A stretch of DNA of 64,000 bases, taken from Heptranchias perlo. Taxonomy: Eukaryota. The position numbers were made by a program, and so were the translations under genes. Shown one piece after another: positions 36,865 to 50,387 of this stretch. The number at the start of each line of letters is the position of its first letter. Positions within the stretch are counted from its first letter, which is position 1. The notes under the pieces are model-generated. The model was given only the letters and a program-made list of their open reading frames with translations. It was not told where the DNA came from and did not search any database. Location: assembly GCF_035084215.1 (NCBI RefSeq), contig NC_090335.1, positions 48,050,001 to 48,114,000 of the forward strand. Reading direction: 5' to 3'.

Positions 36865-37814
36865 GTAAGGGAGATTTGCCTTCATGGGATTCCATGTAGT
36901 TTTAGTTAGGCATTAGATAAGGGGGCATGTGTTGTCGGACCCCGTTTGCAACTTTCAAGTACAAATGGCATGGTGTGCGCTCTGCCTCTTAGTACCAGAC
37001 AGTGAGTGGCTTAACCATTGGTCCTTAAAGGGCTCACTGGAGGCTGCTCCAAAAATGACCTGGAACATTTTTGGGGGCGAATCTTTGCAGGCCAGGAGTA
37101 GTAGGAATGCTCCTCCTGATCCCACAACAATACTACAACCTGCTGACGGCTTCCAGGTTCCCGTCACCCCCTCCCCCCACACCTTTTAGTATCAATTTGA
37201 CTATTCCATTCTGCAGTAGTACTTCCTCCCATCCTGACATAACTCCTCGAGCAAGGTCTTGTTATTTTGTACCCTTCAGTCATTTTTTATCCATTCCTAG
37301 AGTTTATCCTGAATCTCTATAGCTTTGAATCTTAACTAATAGACTTTTGTATGGAACTGCCAAATAGGTAACTATGTAACCAAATATAAACAGCTATGGT
37401 AATGGTGAGAGCATTAAGATCTGTGAAATGTATATAACTATCAAGGCATGTTAGTACTTTTATGAAATTATTTTATTGTTGTGTATTCACTGATTTGTTA
37501 CTTTTGGGAATGTCTACAACATTAAAACATAATGAAACAATGACAGCAGGTCATTTGGGTCAAGTGACCTATTCCTTTAACTGAACTGTAAGCGATCACA
37601 AGATAGTTGCAGATACGGAAGGCCATTTGGCCCATCTTAGTTCGTCCATACAGAATGATCCTAACATCACCCCATTGCAGCATCTAATTGTTTCTTCAAA
37701 GATTCTACGGTTCTTGCCTCCAATACTTTTCTGGAATTCCATTCCATACGTTGATCATTCTGTGTAAAGAAGAATTTCCTGACCAGTTATAAATTTACTT
37801 TTTAGTGTTTGAAT

Positions 37815-38578
37815 CTATGTGCCCTTAAATCTGTGTCCTCTGGTTCCGACCCTTCTGCCACCAGAAATAGTTTCTCCTTATTTACTCTATCAAAACTGTT
37901 CATGATCTTGGACACCTCTATCAAATTTCCTCCTAACCTTCTCTGCTCTAAGGAGAACAACCCCAGCTTCTCCAGACTCTCTACATAACTGAAGTCCCTC
38001 ATCCTTGGTACCATTCTAGTGAATCTCTTTTGCACCCCCTCTAAAGCTTTGACATCCTTCCTAAAGTGTGGTGCCCAAAATTGAACACAATACTCCAGCT
38101 GGTGCCTAACCAGTGTTTTATAAAAGTTTAGCATAACTTCCTTGCTTTTGTACTCTATGCCTCTGATAATAAACCACAGGGTCCTATATGCTTTTTTATC
38201 AGCCTTGTCAACCTGTCCTGCCACCTTCAAAGATTTGTGTACTTACACCCCCAGGTCTCTCTGTTCCTGTACCCATTTTAAAATTGTACCATTTAGTTTA
38301 TATTGCCTCTCCTCATTCTTCTTACCAAAATGTATCACTTCACACTTCTCTGCGTTAATTTTTTTCTGCCACGAGTCTGCCCATATCACCAGTCCGCCTG
38401 TATCCTCCTGAAGTGTGTTACTATCCTTCACGTCATTTAATACATGCCCCGAGTTTTGTGTCATCTGCAAACTTTGAGATTGTTCCCTGTACACCCAAGT
38501 CCAGATCATTAATATATGTCAAAAAGAGCAATGGTCCTAATACCGACCCCTGGGGAACACCACTGTATACTTCCCTCT
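37815..38578 (-). mobile_element. CR1 RT fragment in VJ gene intron
   Basis: Minus ORFs with LEYCVQFW and KCEVIHFG. Confidence 0.9.
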
Positions 38579-39080
38579 ATCATCTACAAGTTTGACCACT
38601 TTGCATTGAGTATCCAAATTCAAGTATTTTATGTAAATTAGAAACAGTAGTGTTCGCACCGCTGAACCCTGGGACACCCCATTCAGTGTTCCCCCCCAAC
38701 CTGACATCACTCCTCTAACAGGATATTGTTTTCTACCCTAAATCCAATTTTTTCATCCATTTCTAGGGTTTACTCTAAATGTCACAAAACTTGGCAAAGC
38801 CCCTCTCCCTAAGCTGCACTGTGATCCAGCTGAAACTTATTTTTTACCATTCCTGTAAAATCAATACTTCGGTCTTATGTTGAGTATTTGTTGAATGAAT
38901 AAATTGCTTTATTTTTTAGATGTAACATTATCAGGTCACATTTTTTTCTGTATATATTATTTATATACTGGTGATTACCACAACAATGAAGTTGAAATCC
39001 TGGCAATTATCAAACTTGTCAAATATTTGTTGCTGAAAGTTTGTTTCTGAATAATTAACTTTCTTAAATCTTTCTTACAG

Positions 39081-39110
39081 ATATTTTTCGCAAGTATGCT
39101 TTGCTTGAAA
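39081..39110 (+). CDS. Candidate 30-nt stalk exon of the VJ gene
   Basis: Strong acceptor tctttcttacag|, DIFRKYALLE, donor |gtaggt, phase 1-1. Confidence 0.45.
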
Positions 39111-39599
39111 GTAGGTGCATTATATTTTTTATTTAGTTTGCATTTCCCCTTAGCAGTTAACTCTGTAGATTTCTATTATCTATAAGTCTCATAATAAATA
39201 ATGCGGTGGATGGAAATTTCAGAACTGAGATTGGGCAGGAATATTAGAGATGGGAAGGGACAAGGAGCACGCGCAGATTTGGAAATGAAGGATCACAGAT
39301 GCAAAACAGACAGCAGTGGGGAAAATGGCCTCACCGACAGATTACACATAATTTGAAAATTGTAGTTAAATTGTCAACAACGATTAATTGTTTTTTCGTG
39401 TTTACTTAGTGAGATATCACTCCTAGAAAAAATAACGTATGAAGACCTGTAATCTTGTGGTGGACCTATAAACCCCTCCCATTTCACATAGAGCAAATTA
39501 CTGCAGTCTGAACTAACTACAGATTGTCATTCTTCTCAAGTTTGTTCCAAATTATTACACCAGCAGACTTATATTTTATCCAATGTGGTTATATTGCAG

Positions 39600-39697
39600 A
39601 TTACAGGGCCATTCTGAATAAGCTCATGTCAATCATCCGCTATGTTTTGTTTGTTCTGCTCATGAGTTACTTCATATACGTTGAGAAATTCTACTGA
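39600..39697 (+). CDS. Transmembrane/terminal exon of the VJ gene
   Basis: attgcag| xYRAILNKLMSIIRYVLFVLLMSYFIYVEKFY* in phase 1; donor AAG|GTATGT at 39711 after the stop. Confidence 0.65.
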
Positions 39698-39849
39698 TCC
39701 TGAAATAAAGGTATGTAAATGCATCATATTCAAAATGATGCCTCACACATTCAGGGGTTTTCACTCCTTTGTGCTAATTCATTTTAGTAACAAGTTATAG
39801 AACCTCTTTTCCCTATTTGAGGAAAAGACTGAAACAGGTCCTTTTTAAT

Positions 39850-40440
39850 TTCTTCTGACACTCCATGGCATTTGACACCATACGCCATCCTCCATTGCCT
39901 TTCCTCTGTTATCTAGCTCTGCGAAACTGCCCTTCCGTGATTCCACTCCTACCAGCCAGCATATCTCCAGCAATGGCCACTCTTCCTCCTACTGCAGTTC
40001 CCCAAGGATCTATTTTGTTCCCTTCCTCTTCCTCATCTACATAGTTCATCCATGGGTATGGGTCAGCTTTCACATGTATGCTGACAACATCAAGGTCTAC
40101 CACTTCCCTCAACCTCATCACCACCTCTATGCGGTCAGACTGCCTGTCTGACATTAAGCCGTGGATGGGTCACAATTTCCGCCAACTGAGTCTCAAATGA
40201 AAGACTGAAGCCATCATTTTGGTTCCTGCTATAAATTCCATTCTCCTTGTTTGACTTCATCCCCCTCCTCAACCACTCATTCAGGCTAAATCAGGCCATG
40301 CTAAATGTTGAAGTATTATTCACCCCAGGGCTGAACTTCAAACCTCAAATCCTATCCAACATCAAGACTGTTTACTGTACAGCATTGTTTCTCTCTGCCC
40401 TATCTCACTCCTAATGCCAAAAAACCCCTATCATGCTTTT
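39850..40440 (+). mobile_element. Old L2-like LINE fragment (continues near 43040-43210)
   Basis: Degenerate AFDTI, VPQGS and YAD-like segments; similar to 9400-9780. Confidence 0.5.
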
Positions 40441-40441
40441 G

Positions 40442-43040
40442 TAGAATCATAGAATAGAATCATAGAATGGTTACAGCACAGAAAGAGGCCATTCGGCCCA
40501 TTGAGCCCGTGCTGGCTCTTTGTAAGAGCAATCCAGTTGGTCCCATTCCCCCACTCTTTCCCTGTAGCCCTGCAAATTTTTTCCCTTCGAGTATTTATCC
40601 AATTCCATTTTGAAAGCCATGATTGAATCTACTTCCACCATCCTTTCAGGCAGTGCATTCCAGATCATAACTACTCGCTGCGTAAAAAAGTTTTTCCTCA
40701 CGTCACCTTTGGTTCTTTTGTCAATCACCTTAAATCTGTGTCCTCTGGTTCTTGACCCTTCTGCCAATGGGAAAAGTTTCTGTTTTTTTTTATCTAAACC
40801 CTTCATGATTCTGAACACTTCTATCAAATCTCCTCTCAACCTTCTCTGCTCTAAGGAGAACAGCCCCAGCTTCTCCAGTCTGTCCACATAACTGAAGTCC
40901 CTCATCCTTGGAACCTTTCTAGTAAATCTTTCCTGCACCCTCTCTAAGGCCTTCACATCCTTCCTAAATTGCGGTGCCCAGAATTGGACACAATACTCCA
41001 GTTGTGGCCGAACCAGTGTTTTATAAAGGTTCAACATAACTTCCTTGCTTTTGTACTCTATGCCTCTATTTATAAAGCCGAGGATCCCATATGCTTTTTT
41101 AACTGCTTTCTCAACATGTCCTTCCACCTTCAAAGATTTGTGCATATATACTCCCAGGTCTCTCTGTTCCTGCACCCCCCCTTAGAATTGTACCATTTAG
41201 TTTATATTGCTTCTCCTCATTCTTCCTGCCAAAATGTATCACATCGCACTAACCTGCATTAAATTTCATCTGTCATGTGGTCCGCCCATTCCACCAGCCT
41301 GTTTATGTCCTCTTGAAGTCTATTACTATCCTCCTCACTGTTTGCTACACTTCCAAGTTTTGTGCCATCTGCAAATTTTGAAATTATGCCCGGTACACCC
41401 AAGTCCAAGTCATTAATATATATCAAAAAAATCAGTGGTCCTAGTACCGACCCCTGAGGAACACCACTATATACCTTCCTCCAGTCCGAAAAACAACAGT
41501 TCACCACTACTCTCTGTTTCCTGTCACTTAGCTAATTTCGTATCAATGCTGCCACTGCCCCTTTTATTCCATGGGCTTCAACTTTGCTGACAAGCCTATT
41601 ATATGGCACTTTCTCAAACACCTTTTGAAAGTCCATATACACAACATCAACCGCATTGCCCTCATCAACCCCCTCTGCTACCTCATCAAAAAACTCAATC
41701 AAGTTAGTTAAACACGATTTGCCTTTAACAAATCCTTGCTGGCTTTCCTTTATTAATTGCGCACTTGTCCAAGTGACTATTAATTTTGTCCCGGATTATC
41801 GTTTCTAAAAGCTTCCCCATCATCGAGGTTAAACTGACTGGTCTGTGGTTGCCGGGTTTATCCTTACACCCTTTTTTAAACAAGGGTTTAACATTTGCAA
41901 TTCTCCAGTTCTCTGTCACCACCCTGTATCCAAGGAGGATTGGAAGATTATGGCCAGCACCTCTGCAATTTCCACCCTTACTTCCCTCAGCAACCTAGGA
42001 TGCATCCCATCCTGACCGGGTGATTTATCTATTTTAAGTACAGCCAGCCTTTCTGTTTATCAATTTTTAGCCCATCCAGTACCTCAACCACCTCCCCTTT
42101 TACTGTGACTTTGGCAGCATCTTCTTCCTTTGTAAAGACAGATGCAAGTACTCATTTAGTACCTCAGCCACGCCCTCTGCCTCCATGCATAGATCTCCTT
42201 TTTTGGTTCTTAATCAGCCCCATCCCTCCTCTTACTACCCATTTACTATTTATATATATATATATAGAAGACTTTTGCCTTTCTTTTTTCCCTTTTCACT
42301 TCTCTTTTGTACTTTCTATATTCAGCCTGGTTCTCACTTGTATTATCAACCTGACTTCTGTCATAGCCCCCCCCCCCCTTTTCTGCTTCATCATAATCTC
42401 TATCTCTTTCATCATCCAGGGAGTTCTGACTTTAGTTGCTCTACCTTTCTCCCTCATGGGAATGTACCTAGACTGTACCCAATCCATCTCCTCTTTAAAG
42501 GCTGCCCATTGTTCGATTACAGTTTTGTCTGCCAATCTTTGATTCCAATTTATCCGTTCTCAACACACTGAAATTGGCCCTTCTCTAATTAAGTATTTTT
42601 ACTCTAGATTGCTCCTTGTCCTTTTCCATAACTGATCTAAACTTTATGATACTATGATCACTGTTCCCTAAATGTTCGCCCACTGATACTTGCTCCACTT
42701 GACCCACCTCATTCCCCGGAACCAGATCCAGCAATGCCTCCTTCCTTGTTGGGCCGGAAACATACTGATCAAGAAAGTTCTCCTGAACACACTTAAGAAA
42801 TTCCTCCCCCTCTTTGCCCTTTACACTATTTCTATCCCGGTCTATATTAGGATAGTTGAAGTCCCCCATTATCACTACTCTATAGTTCCTGCACCTCTCT
42901 GTAATTTCCCTGCAAATTTGCTGCTCTATATCCTTCCCACTAATTGGTGGCTTATAGAATACACCCAGTAGTGTAATGGCACCTCTATTTTTTCTTATCT
43001 TAACCAAATAGATTCTGTCCTTGACCCCCTCAAGGACATC
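40442..43040 (-). mobile_element. Degenerate CR1 ORF2 (endonuclease to 3' tail)
   Basis: Minus ORFs 42585-43007 (GDFN, SDH), 41259-41507 (FAD) and 40471-41175; (ATTCT/ATGATTCT) tail at 40442-40470. Confidence 0.93.
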
Positions 43041-45104
43041 TTTGTATTTGATTTCTTCAATGTCCTTCTTACTAGCTTCCTATTCTTCACCCTCTATAAA
43101 CTCAGCTGTCTGTATCCTATCCTGAAGTAAGTCCTGCTCACCCACCTCCCCCCTTCCTCACAGGCCCACATTGGTTCCCTGGCCCCAAAACACTTACCTA
43201 TTGTATATTAAAAATGATGCATGTTGGCAACATTCATCTGACGTTGTGTCTGTACGTGGCGCTGTGAGTGTAACCTTATTCTGCTTAACATTATGTGACC
43301 GTGAATCGACTGAACAAAAACCCTTTATGCCTAAGCAAACTGCAGTAACTAAAAATCACCATTTGGTGACACAGCAGTGCATTTACAGACAAATGGCAAA
43401 CATCTCAGCAAAAGCACGTAAAGAAAAGGTAAATATAACTCAATGTCCAGCCCACAGTGTAGAAAGTAAGGCTAAAGGAGAAATAATGAAGGTGAATATT
43501 GAATACAGGGGCATTGTCACCTGAAGCAGGTCTCCAGAAACAGAGAACTGGGGTAATGCGAAGAAATGGAATTGCATGGCAAAAGTAGAGATGGAACAGC
43601 AAAGTAATGGATCAAAAACTGTGCACAGATGCTCACCGGTAAGCAATAGCACCATATGCAGAAAAACCCGAAATCGCGTTCAAACAAAGAACGACACCCA
43701 CCCATCACTGAGCAGCTTTGTGACAACTAGAACCCCCACTTCCCCTCGCTGAGCAGATTTTGGATAATTGGCTCCCACCATGAACCGTCTTTCAATAACT
43801 GGAACCCCTTCCTCCACACTAAGCAGATTTTACCCCTGCCCTCTCTGATCCTTTTCCTCCTCGCTCTCTTCTTTGCTCCTTCCTCTCCTTTCCTCCACTC
43901 CACCTCCTCACTCCTCGTTCTTCTCATCTCTTCTCTCCTCACTCTCTCCCTGTTCTTCCTCTGCCCTGCCATCTGCCACATCCTCCCTTGCCATTCTTGG
44001 TCCAATTCAATTATCCCTTGCCCTCTAACACTGCTTGACCTGAATAGTGCCCTTGGTCTTGACTGCCCATGTGCAACGTCACTGGAGATTGATTAGTTAT
44101 GTATTAAAAATGGGAGCTAGATCACAGAATTCTGTGCAAAGAAAGAAAAAAGGACTTGCATGCATATAACGCCTTTCAGGATGTTGCATTTCGCAGCCAA
44201 TGAAGCACTTTTGAAGCGTGTGCAGTGCCTATTATATCTGTAGATGGTGCTATGATAGTTCTTAATAGGTCATATAGCTTAAATACCAATGAGCACTATC
44301 TGCTTATCCACACTGTGTATTTGCTTGTGGATGTGCAATACTGCACTCTCACCACTAGAAGGCGCTGCAACAACAATGTTTTCTTAGAGCAAAAGCTGAG
44401 TAAAAGTCAGATCTGTAAATTTGTTTGTAAGATGCACACTATATTTCTTTATACAACAGTGAGATTTAGCTTCCATTAAGGTCAAATCTCCTGAGGCATG
44501 TTCCTCCCAACCTGCTCAGTATTTTTTGCCCCACCCCCTCCACTGAGAAAAAAATCGGACCTCACCAGAACCCCCCCCCCCCCCGCCACTGTGAGATCAA
44601 AATCAAGCCTCACAACCCCTACTACCGAGAGCAAAATCGAGCCTCATCAGCAACTCCCCCCCAAACTGACAGCAAAAATCATCTTCCCTCTTCTCCTCCT
44701 CTCCATATCCCATCCTCTCCCTTCCTCTTCCTCGCTCCCCAACATGGGCCCAATTATTCCCCCAATCATTAACTCTATTTGACCTAAATATTACCCTTGA
44801 TCTTGATTCCCCATGTACAATGCCATAGGAAATCAACTGGTTGAATTTAAAATCCTCATCCTCACCTTCCAATCCCTGCACAGTCTTGCCCAGCCTACCT
44901 CTGCAACCTCCTCTAGCCTTACATCCTCTCCTGCACTCTTTGGCCTTCTGTGCTTCCCTTCATCCACCATTGGCGGCAGAGCCTTCAGCTGCCTTGGCCT
45001 TACTCTCTGGAATTTTCCCACTAATCCCTTTCATTTCTCTATTTCTCTTTCCACCTTTAAAAGCCTTCATGTAAACCTATATTTTTGATGAAGCTTTTGG
45101 CCAT

Positions 45105-45833
45105 TTTTTTTATTCATTCATGGGATGTGGGCATTGATGGCAAGGCCAGCATTTATTGCCCATTCCTAATTGCCCTTGAGAAGGTGGTGGTGAGCCGCCT
45201 TCTTGAACTGCTGCAGTCCGTGTGGTGAAGGTTCTCCCACAGTGCTGTTAGGCAGGGAGTTCCAGGATTTTGACCCAGTGACGATGAAGGAACGGCAATA
45301 TATTTCCAAGTCGGGATGGTGTGTGACTTGGAGGAGAACATGCAGGTGATGGTGTTCCCATGCGTCTGCTGTCCTTGTCCTTCTAGGTGGTAGAAGTTGC
45401 AGGTTTGGGAGGTGCTGTTGAAGATGCCTTGGCGAGTTTAGAAGAATGAGAGGTGATCTCATTGAAATGTATAAAATTCTTAGAGGGCTTGACAGGGTAG
45501 ATGCAGAGAGAATGTTTCCCCTGGCTGGAGGGTCTAGAACTAAGGGCCATAATCTCAAGATAACAGGTAGGCCATTTAGGACTGAGATGGGGAAAAAATT
45601 CTTCATGCAGAGGGTTGTGAATCTTTGGCATTCTCTACCTCAGAGGGCTGTGGATGCTCAGTCATTGAGTATATTCAAGACTGAGATTGATAGATTTTTG
45701 GACACCAAGGGAATCAAGGGATATGGCGGGAAAGTGGAGTTCAGGTAGAAGATCAGACATGATCTTATTGAATGGCAGAGCAGGCTCAAGGGGCCGTATG
45801 GCCTACTCCTGCTCCTATTTTTTATGTTCTTAT
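45105..45833. mobile_element. Family-B LINE 3' end (-, 45105-45435) fused to CR1 3' end (+, 45436-45833)
   Basis: Identity to the 34580 and 10860-11250 copies respectively. Confidence 0.85.
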
Positions 45834-46989
45834 GGCACCCGTCCAAAGCTGGCAGGATCCTTTTTAATATATGCATTTCAGGTCTCCATGACATCATCGC
45901 GACCCGACTGCAATATTTACTTGGTATCCCCTGCCCAATCCCTCCTGGCTGTCAAATTGGGAGCCAGCGACTTCCAAGGGTCAAGGGCGCCCGTCTGAAA
46001 TAGGCGTTAGGCCACTTGAATATGCTAATCAGGGGCCTGCTCCCAAATTCGGCAGGAAGTGGTTGTGCTTGCAGGTCTACTGTGGCCTAACCAGCAGTTC
46101 TTAAAGGGATTTGCTGGAGGCCGCCGACAAAAGGGTAAGTAATTTTTTTTTGACTGATCTTAATTTGGAGATAGGAGAAGCAGGAGTGCTGCCAGAGCAG
46201 CATTGATGGAGGTAGTAGAGTACATAAATAAAGTCTCACCCATGGCCCAAAACTGGGAGTAGGAGAGGGAATTTCTGGATTGAGCAAGCTTGTAAGTGTG
46301 CAAATATGTGGCAACATCTTAATAGGCTGTCTTGTTAATCATCTTCATTTCTATTCACTATAAACTTGGTGCAACATCACAGAGGCAGAATTCAGTGGAC
46401 TTTTCCAACTGTTCACCTTTGTAAATGTACAAGCGTGCTTGTGTTGTTCCATGGCATTATGTAATGTTATCATATCAACAGGCTGACCACGAACCCATTA
46501 AATATGGCAGATAATAAGCACCAGGTGCTATGCCAGCAGAAGATTCCTTAATGCTGCATGTCCACACACTCACATAAGGTGATTACTGCCCTGGGCACTT
46601 AGGTCGCCCACATCTTCTTATGCTGAATCTTAAATTGCAAGAGGCCAGTGGAGTGTGAAAGGCCAGAAGAGTGTGAAGTTTAGCCTCATCGGGGGTTTAG
46701 CCTCGTAGGGAGTTTACCCTCAGAGATATGAGCCTTAGAGAAAATTAAGACTCATCAGGAATTTAACCTTAAGAGAGTTTAGATTTGAGGTTCAGTTGCA
46801 TGGGATTTTTTTCTATAACCCATGCTTGTGTGAAGTGAGTAAATGGAATTTGATTCTTACAAGAGTTTGACGCTAATGAAAGTTCAAGCTAATACTATTT
46901 ACATTTTTAAGTTAGACACAAAAGGATGGCAATGCAGGGAACCATTATGACGTGCGTGGAGTGCAATATGATACACCGAGACGCATCTC

Positions 46990-47497
46990 AGTGTATCCGG
47001 AGGCAGCGCATTTATCCTTTTTTCAGCATTGAAGCCATGTCCTGGGAGCTTCTCGCATTAACCTCCTCAGCTACCACTTGCCACTGGCTGTGGAGGTGTG
47101 GCCTTGAGGGCTTTCTCCCCCCACCCAAGGGAAACAGGGCCTCCCTCCTCCTGTCCACCATCTGGACCAGAGCTTCCAGTGTTGTATCAGAGAACCTGGG
47201 TGCCCTCTGTAGACCTCTTGTAGCCTTTTCTCTCCTTACAGCCAGAGTGTACCTCCCCTTTCAGAGGTGCTGGCTGCCTTTAAGTGGCGTTAGTCAAGCC
47301 CGATTCCCCCACCCACCCACCCAAACAGGCATGCAACCAATTAATAGTATGGGTAGCATTGACTGCTCACCTGGCTCATGATAATGAGCTGCCAGCACCA
47401 ATTTAATGTGGTCCCTGTGACCATAGGAACAGGCACAAGCAGCTCACATCCCGCCTCCTGCACACCCATTTCCGGGTGCAATTGAATTTCTAGGCCC
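46990..47497 (-). mobile_element. Second Harbinger fragment (Myb/SANT gene remnant plus terminus)
   Basis: Minus translation near 47010-47206: RAPRFSDTTLEALVQMVDRRREALFPLGGGRKP...QWQVVAEEVNARS; terminus GGGCCTAGAAATTC. Confidence 0.75.
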
Positions 47498-50387
47498 TTG
47501 TGTTTAGAGAACACAAACCGTGCCCAAAGGTACATCTTATACCCAAGATTGTACAGTAGGTAGAAGTAGAGTAAATAATTTATTGTGATTGAATAAGTCA
47601 AATTCTGTTTCTATTGCATGGAATAGAAACAGAAGCATAGGTTGCTCTGGAATTTTTAACAATGTTTTTGAGATCATATTCTGTAATCCCGTTAACTTTT
47701 CTGTGAAAACTGCAAATCAGTGACCGAAGTTACAAGTGACCAAAAAGTGCTAGTTTTAAGATGGTTCCTGCTCAAATCTGATTTCATTAGAAATTAAAAC
47801 TGCAGTGCTTTCTTTTTAAGGGCCCCGGCTCGAGGCAAATGGCATCATCTCTGGAGCATTCACAAGAGGAAGGCTGTTTCTAAGCTGTTTTATGTCTACA
47901 TTATTGCTCTTGCTTACAGCAGACTGTTCTTTATTAACCATCTAAGGAAATCAGTACTCTTGATTTTATATACAATGAAAATTAAAATGTTTTTAAAATG
48001 TTGGTGACAAGTTCCAAACTTGGGGAAACGAGTCTGGTAAACATGTTAATGAAAGATGATGTCTATCAGTATATCTAATAGTATAATTACATTACACATT
48101 AATATTGTGGGCACAACTTATATAAAAACTCATTTGATTTGGATTGGTATTGCTAATTAAATTTGGTGCTTTGTACTTATACTAATTGTGAATAATTGTT
48201 TGTGAAGTCTGAGAGAACTTTTTCATTATGTTTGTTAATTAAACCATATTTATCCATTATAATTTTACCAAACAAACCTACAGCCAAATTAAAACATTTG
48301 CCATATTTTTTTGTTACCCGTGCAAAATTATTGATAAAACATTAAATGGAGATTTTACTACGATTTACAACCCAAGGACTCAATACCCTAATAATTAATG
48401 AGTGAACTGTGGGCAGTATTGTGAGTGGGAAATGCATCAAATCGCATGGATCCTCATAATGTTTATACCCTGGTATTGCTTTCAATCAGGACACAGGTAG
48501 AAGTACTATACTTGGGTCAGCACTCCTCGAGAGGAGAATGTTAACCAATATTCCCACTCCTGATTGCTACCTATTCACCCCTGCTGAAAATGTGTAAGGA
48601 CAGGATCAGGCTCGGTTCTGGTCTCTTTCCTCCACAATCGAATAGCCTACAACTAACAGTCACAAAGGAAACAACAGACAAAAGGGAAGAAAAGCTTCAA
48701 CAAAGGGAAACAGAATACAAGGAAATTTATCAGAAAGTAGCACAAGGCCAAAAGGAACTAATACAAAGTGAAGAAGAATTAGTACAGATAGAGAAACAGT
48801 ATGCCAATCTGACCCAAAGACTTTAACAGAAAGAGAAAAGGGGCAAAGATCCCTCTTCAGCACTCAGCAATAAGAGCTTGGCAGGGCAGAAGCACTTATT
48901 GCAAATTTGGACACAAGCTGCTCATAATTTTCAGTCTGTTAATTTTAAGAGATAGAAAATTCTGGATAACTTGTGCCCAGATTTGCAATATGCACTTCTA
49001 TTCTACCGAGCTTTGAAGAGGAAACTCTGCCCCTCAGTGTGCAAGTTTGACTAATGCAGTTCCATATACAGAGAGAACTGAAACTTGTTAATATCACGCA
49101 GAACTTATGGCAAATAGATGTAGAATCCAGTGAAACACTGGAAGAAATTGAGAGTCTGAGATGTCAACTGAGACAAAGGCGAATGCAGTTCTGGATTTAT
49201 GGAGACCGGAAGTAAGTTTACAGTTGACAAAAAGAAAAGAAAGCTAGAAACAGTTACTAGATGACTATAACACCTATAAGTGTAGAACCAAGGTATCTGA
49301 TTCCAGAATAAAGAGTGTAATACACGAGGAAAGATGATTAGCAATCTGAACCAGGAACTGGCAGTCACTAAGTACAGCTAATTGTCGCCATCAGAGGGAA
49401 CAAGTGTATAAAGAGCTAGAAATCAAAAATGCCCAAGTAGAATAGGCACTGAAACAGGCTGAGAGTGTATCTAATGAAGGGGGGAAAGGAGAGTATCCAA
49501 TGGAGTTAGTGCTTGGCAAATGTATCTTGCTGTAGGGAGACCTAGATTAGTGGAGAGAGATCTGTCCCAGTTCAAAAGGGATGAATTTGAATCTGCTGTA
49601 CCCACTACTTATAGTGAGCCAGGACATTGGAATAAACGAGTACAGATCTGAAAAGGCTTATATTAAACACCCTTCCAAAGGGAAATTAACACCTCCTAGA
49701 GGTAGGAGTTACTGAACCTACAGGACAGAATTAAAGGTGCTGGCTCCTGCCAGATGGAGAGCTACAATGCCAGCAGCACAGAACCAAGGAACTCTATTTT
49801 TGCGTGTTTAATGGTTTTTAACTTCCATCTAGATCATCTAAGTCTTGTGTCTACAGAAAATCAGGCTTTGTTGCTATTCTTCACAGTGCTGCAGTTTTAC
49901 ATATGGATAGAAAAGAATCATGGTAAGGGAAGATCATTGGAGTGCAGCATGAGTTATTTAAAAAGAGAATATAGGATAGGTGAGGCCACTAGGAGATGTG
50001 TTCAAATTATGAAGGATTTTGATAGAATAAATAAGAAGAAACTCTTTCCAATGGCAGGAGGGTGGGTAACCAAAGGAGACAGATATAAGACAATTGGCAA
50101 AAGAAAAATAGAGGGGATATGAGGAGAATTTTTCGTATGAAATAAGTTGCTATAATCTAGAATACACTGCCTGAAAGAGTGATGGAAGCAGGTTAAATAG
50201 TAACTTTCAAAGGGGAATTGGATAAATGCTTGAAGTTAGTGGAAATAGAAATGGGGAGAGATGTAAAACGGGCTGCCGCCTCCCTATCACCCGTTTTACA
50301 TTATCGCATCTTCCCCACTAAGCGGGGAATTGCTAAACCTGGTAAAATTTCAACTCCGATCCACTTGAATTAGGCCATAACCATATT

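Noticed and set aside
43453-43492. CACAGTG heptamer as an RSS
   Set aside because: No nonamer at 12 or 23 bp spacing; other CACAGTG hits lie in LINE 3' ends.
43230-43730. Possible LTR/gag remnant or exon
   Set aside because: Too degenerate to support a call.
48590-48900. Coiled-coil ORF as a host exon
   Set aside because: No clear splice sites and an in-frame stop; more likely a decayed gag-like fragment, not identifiable.
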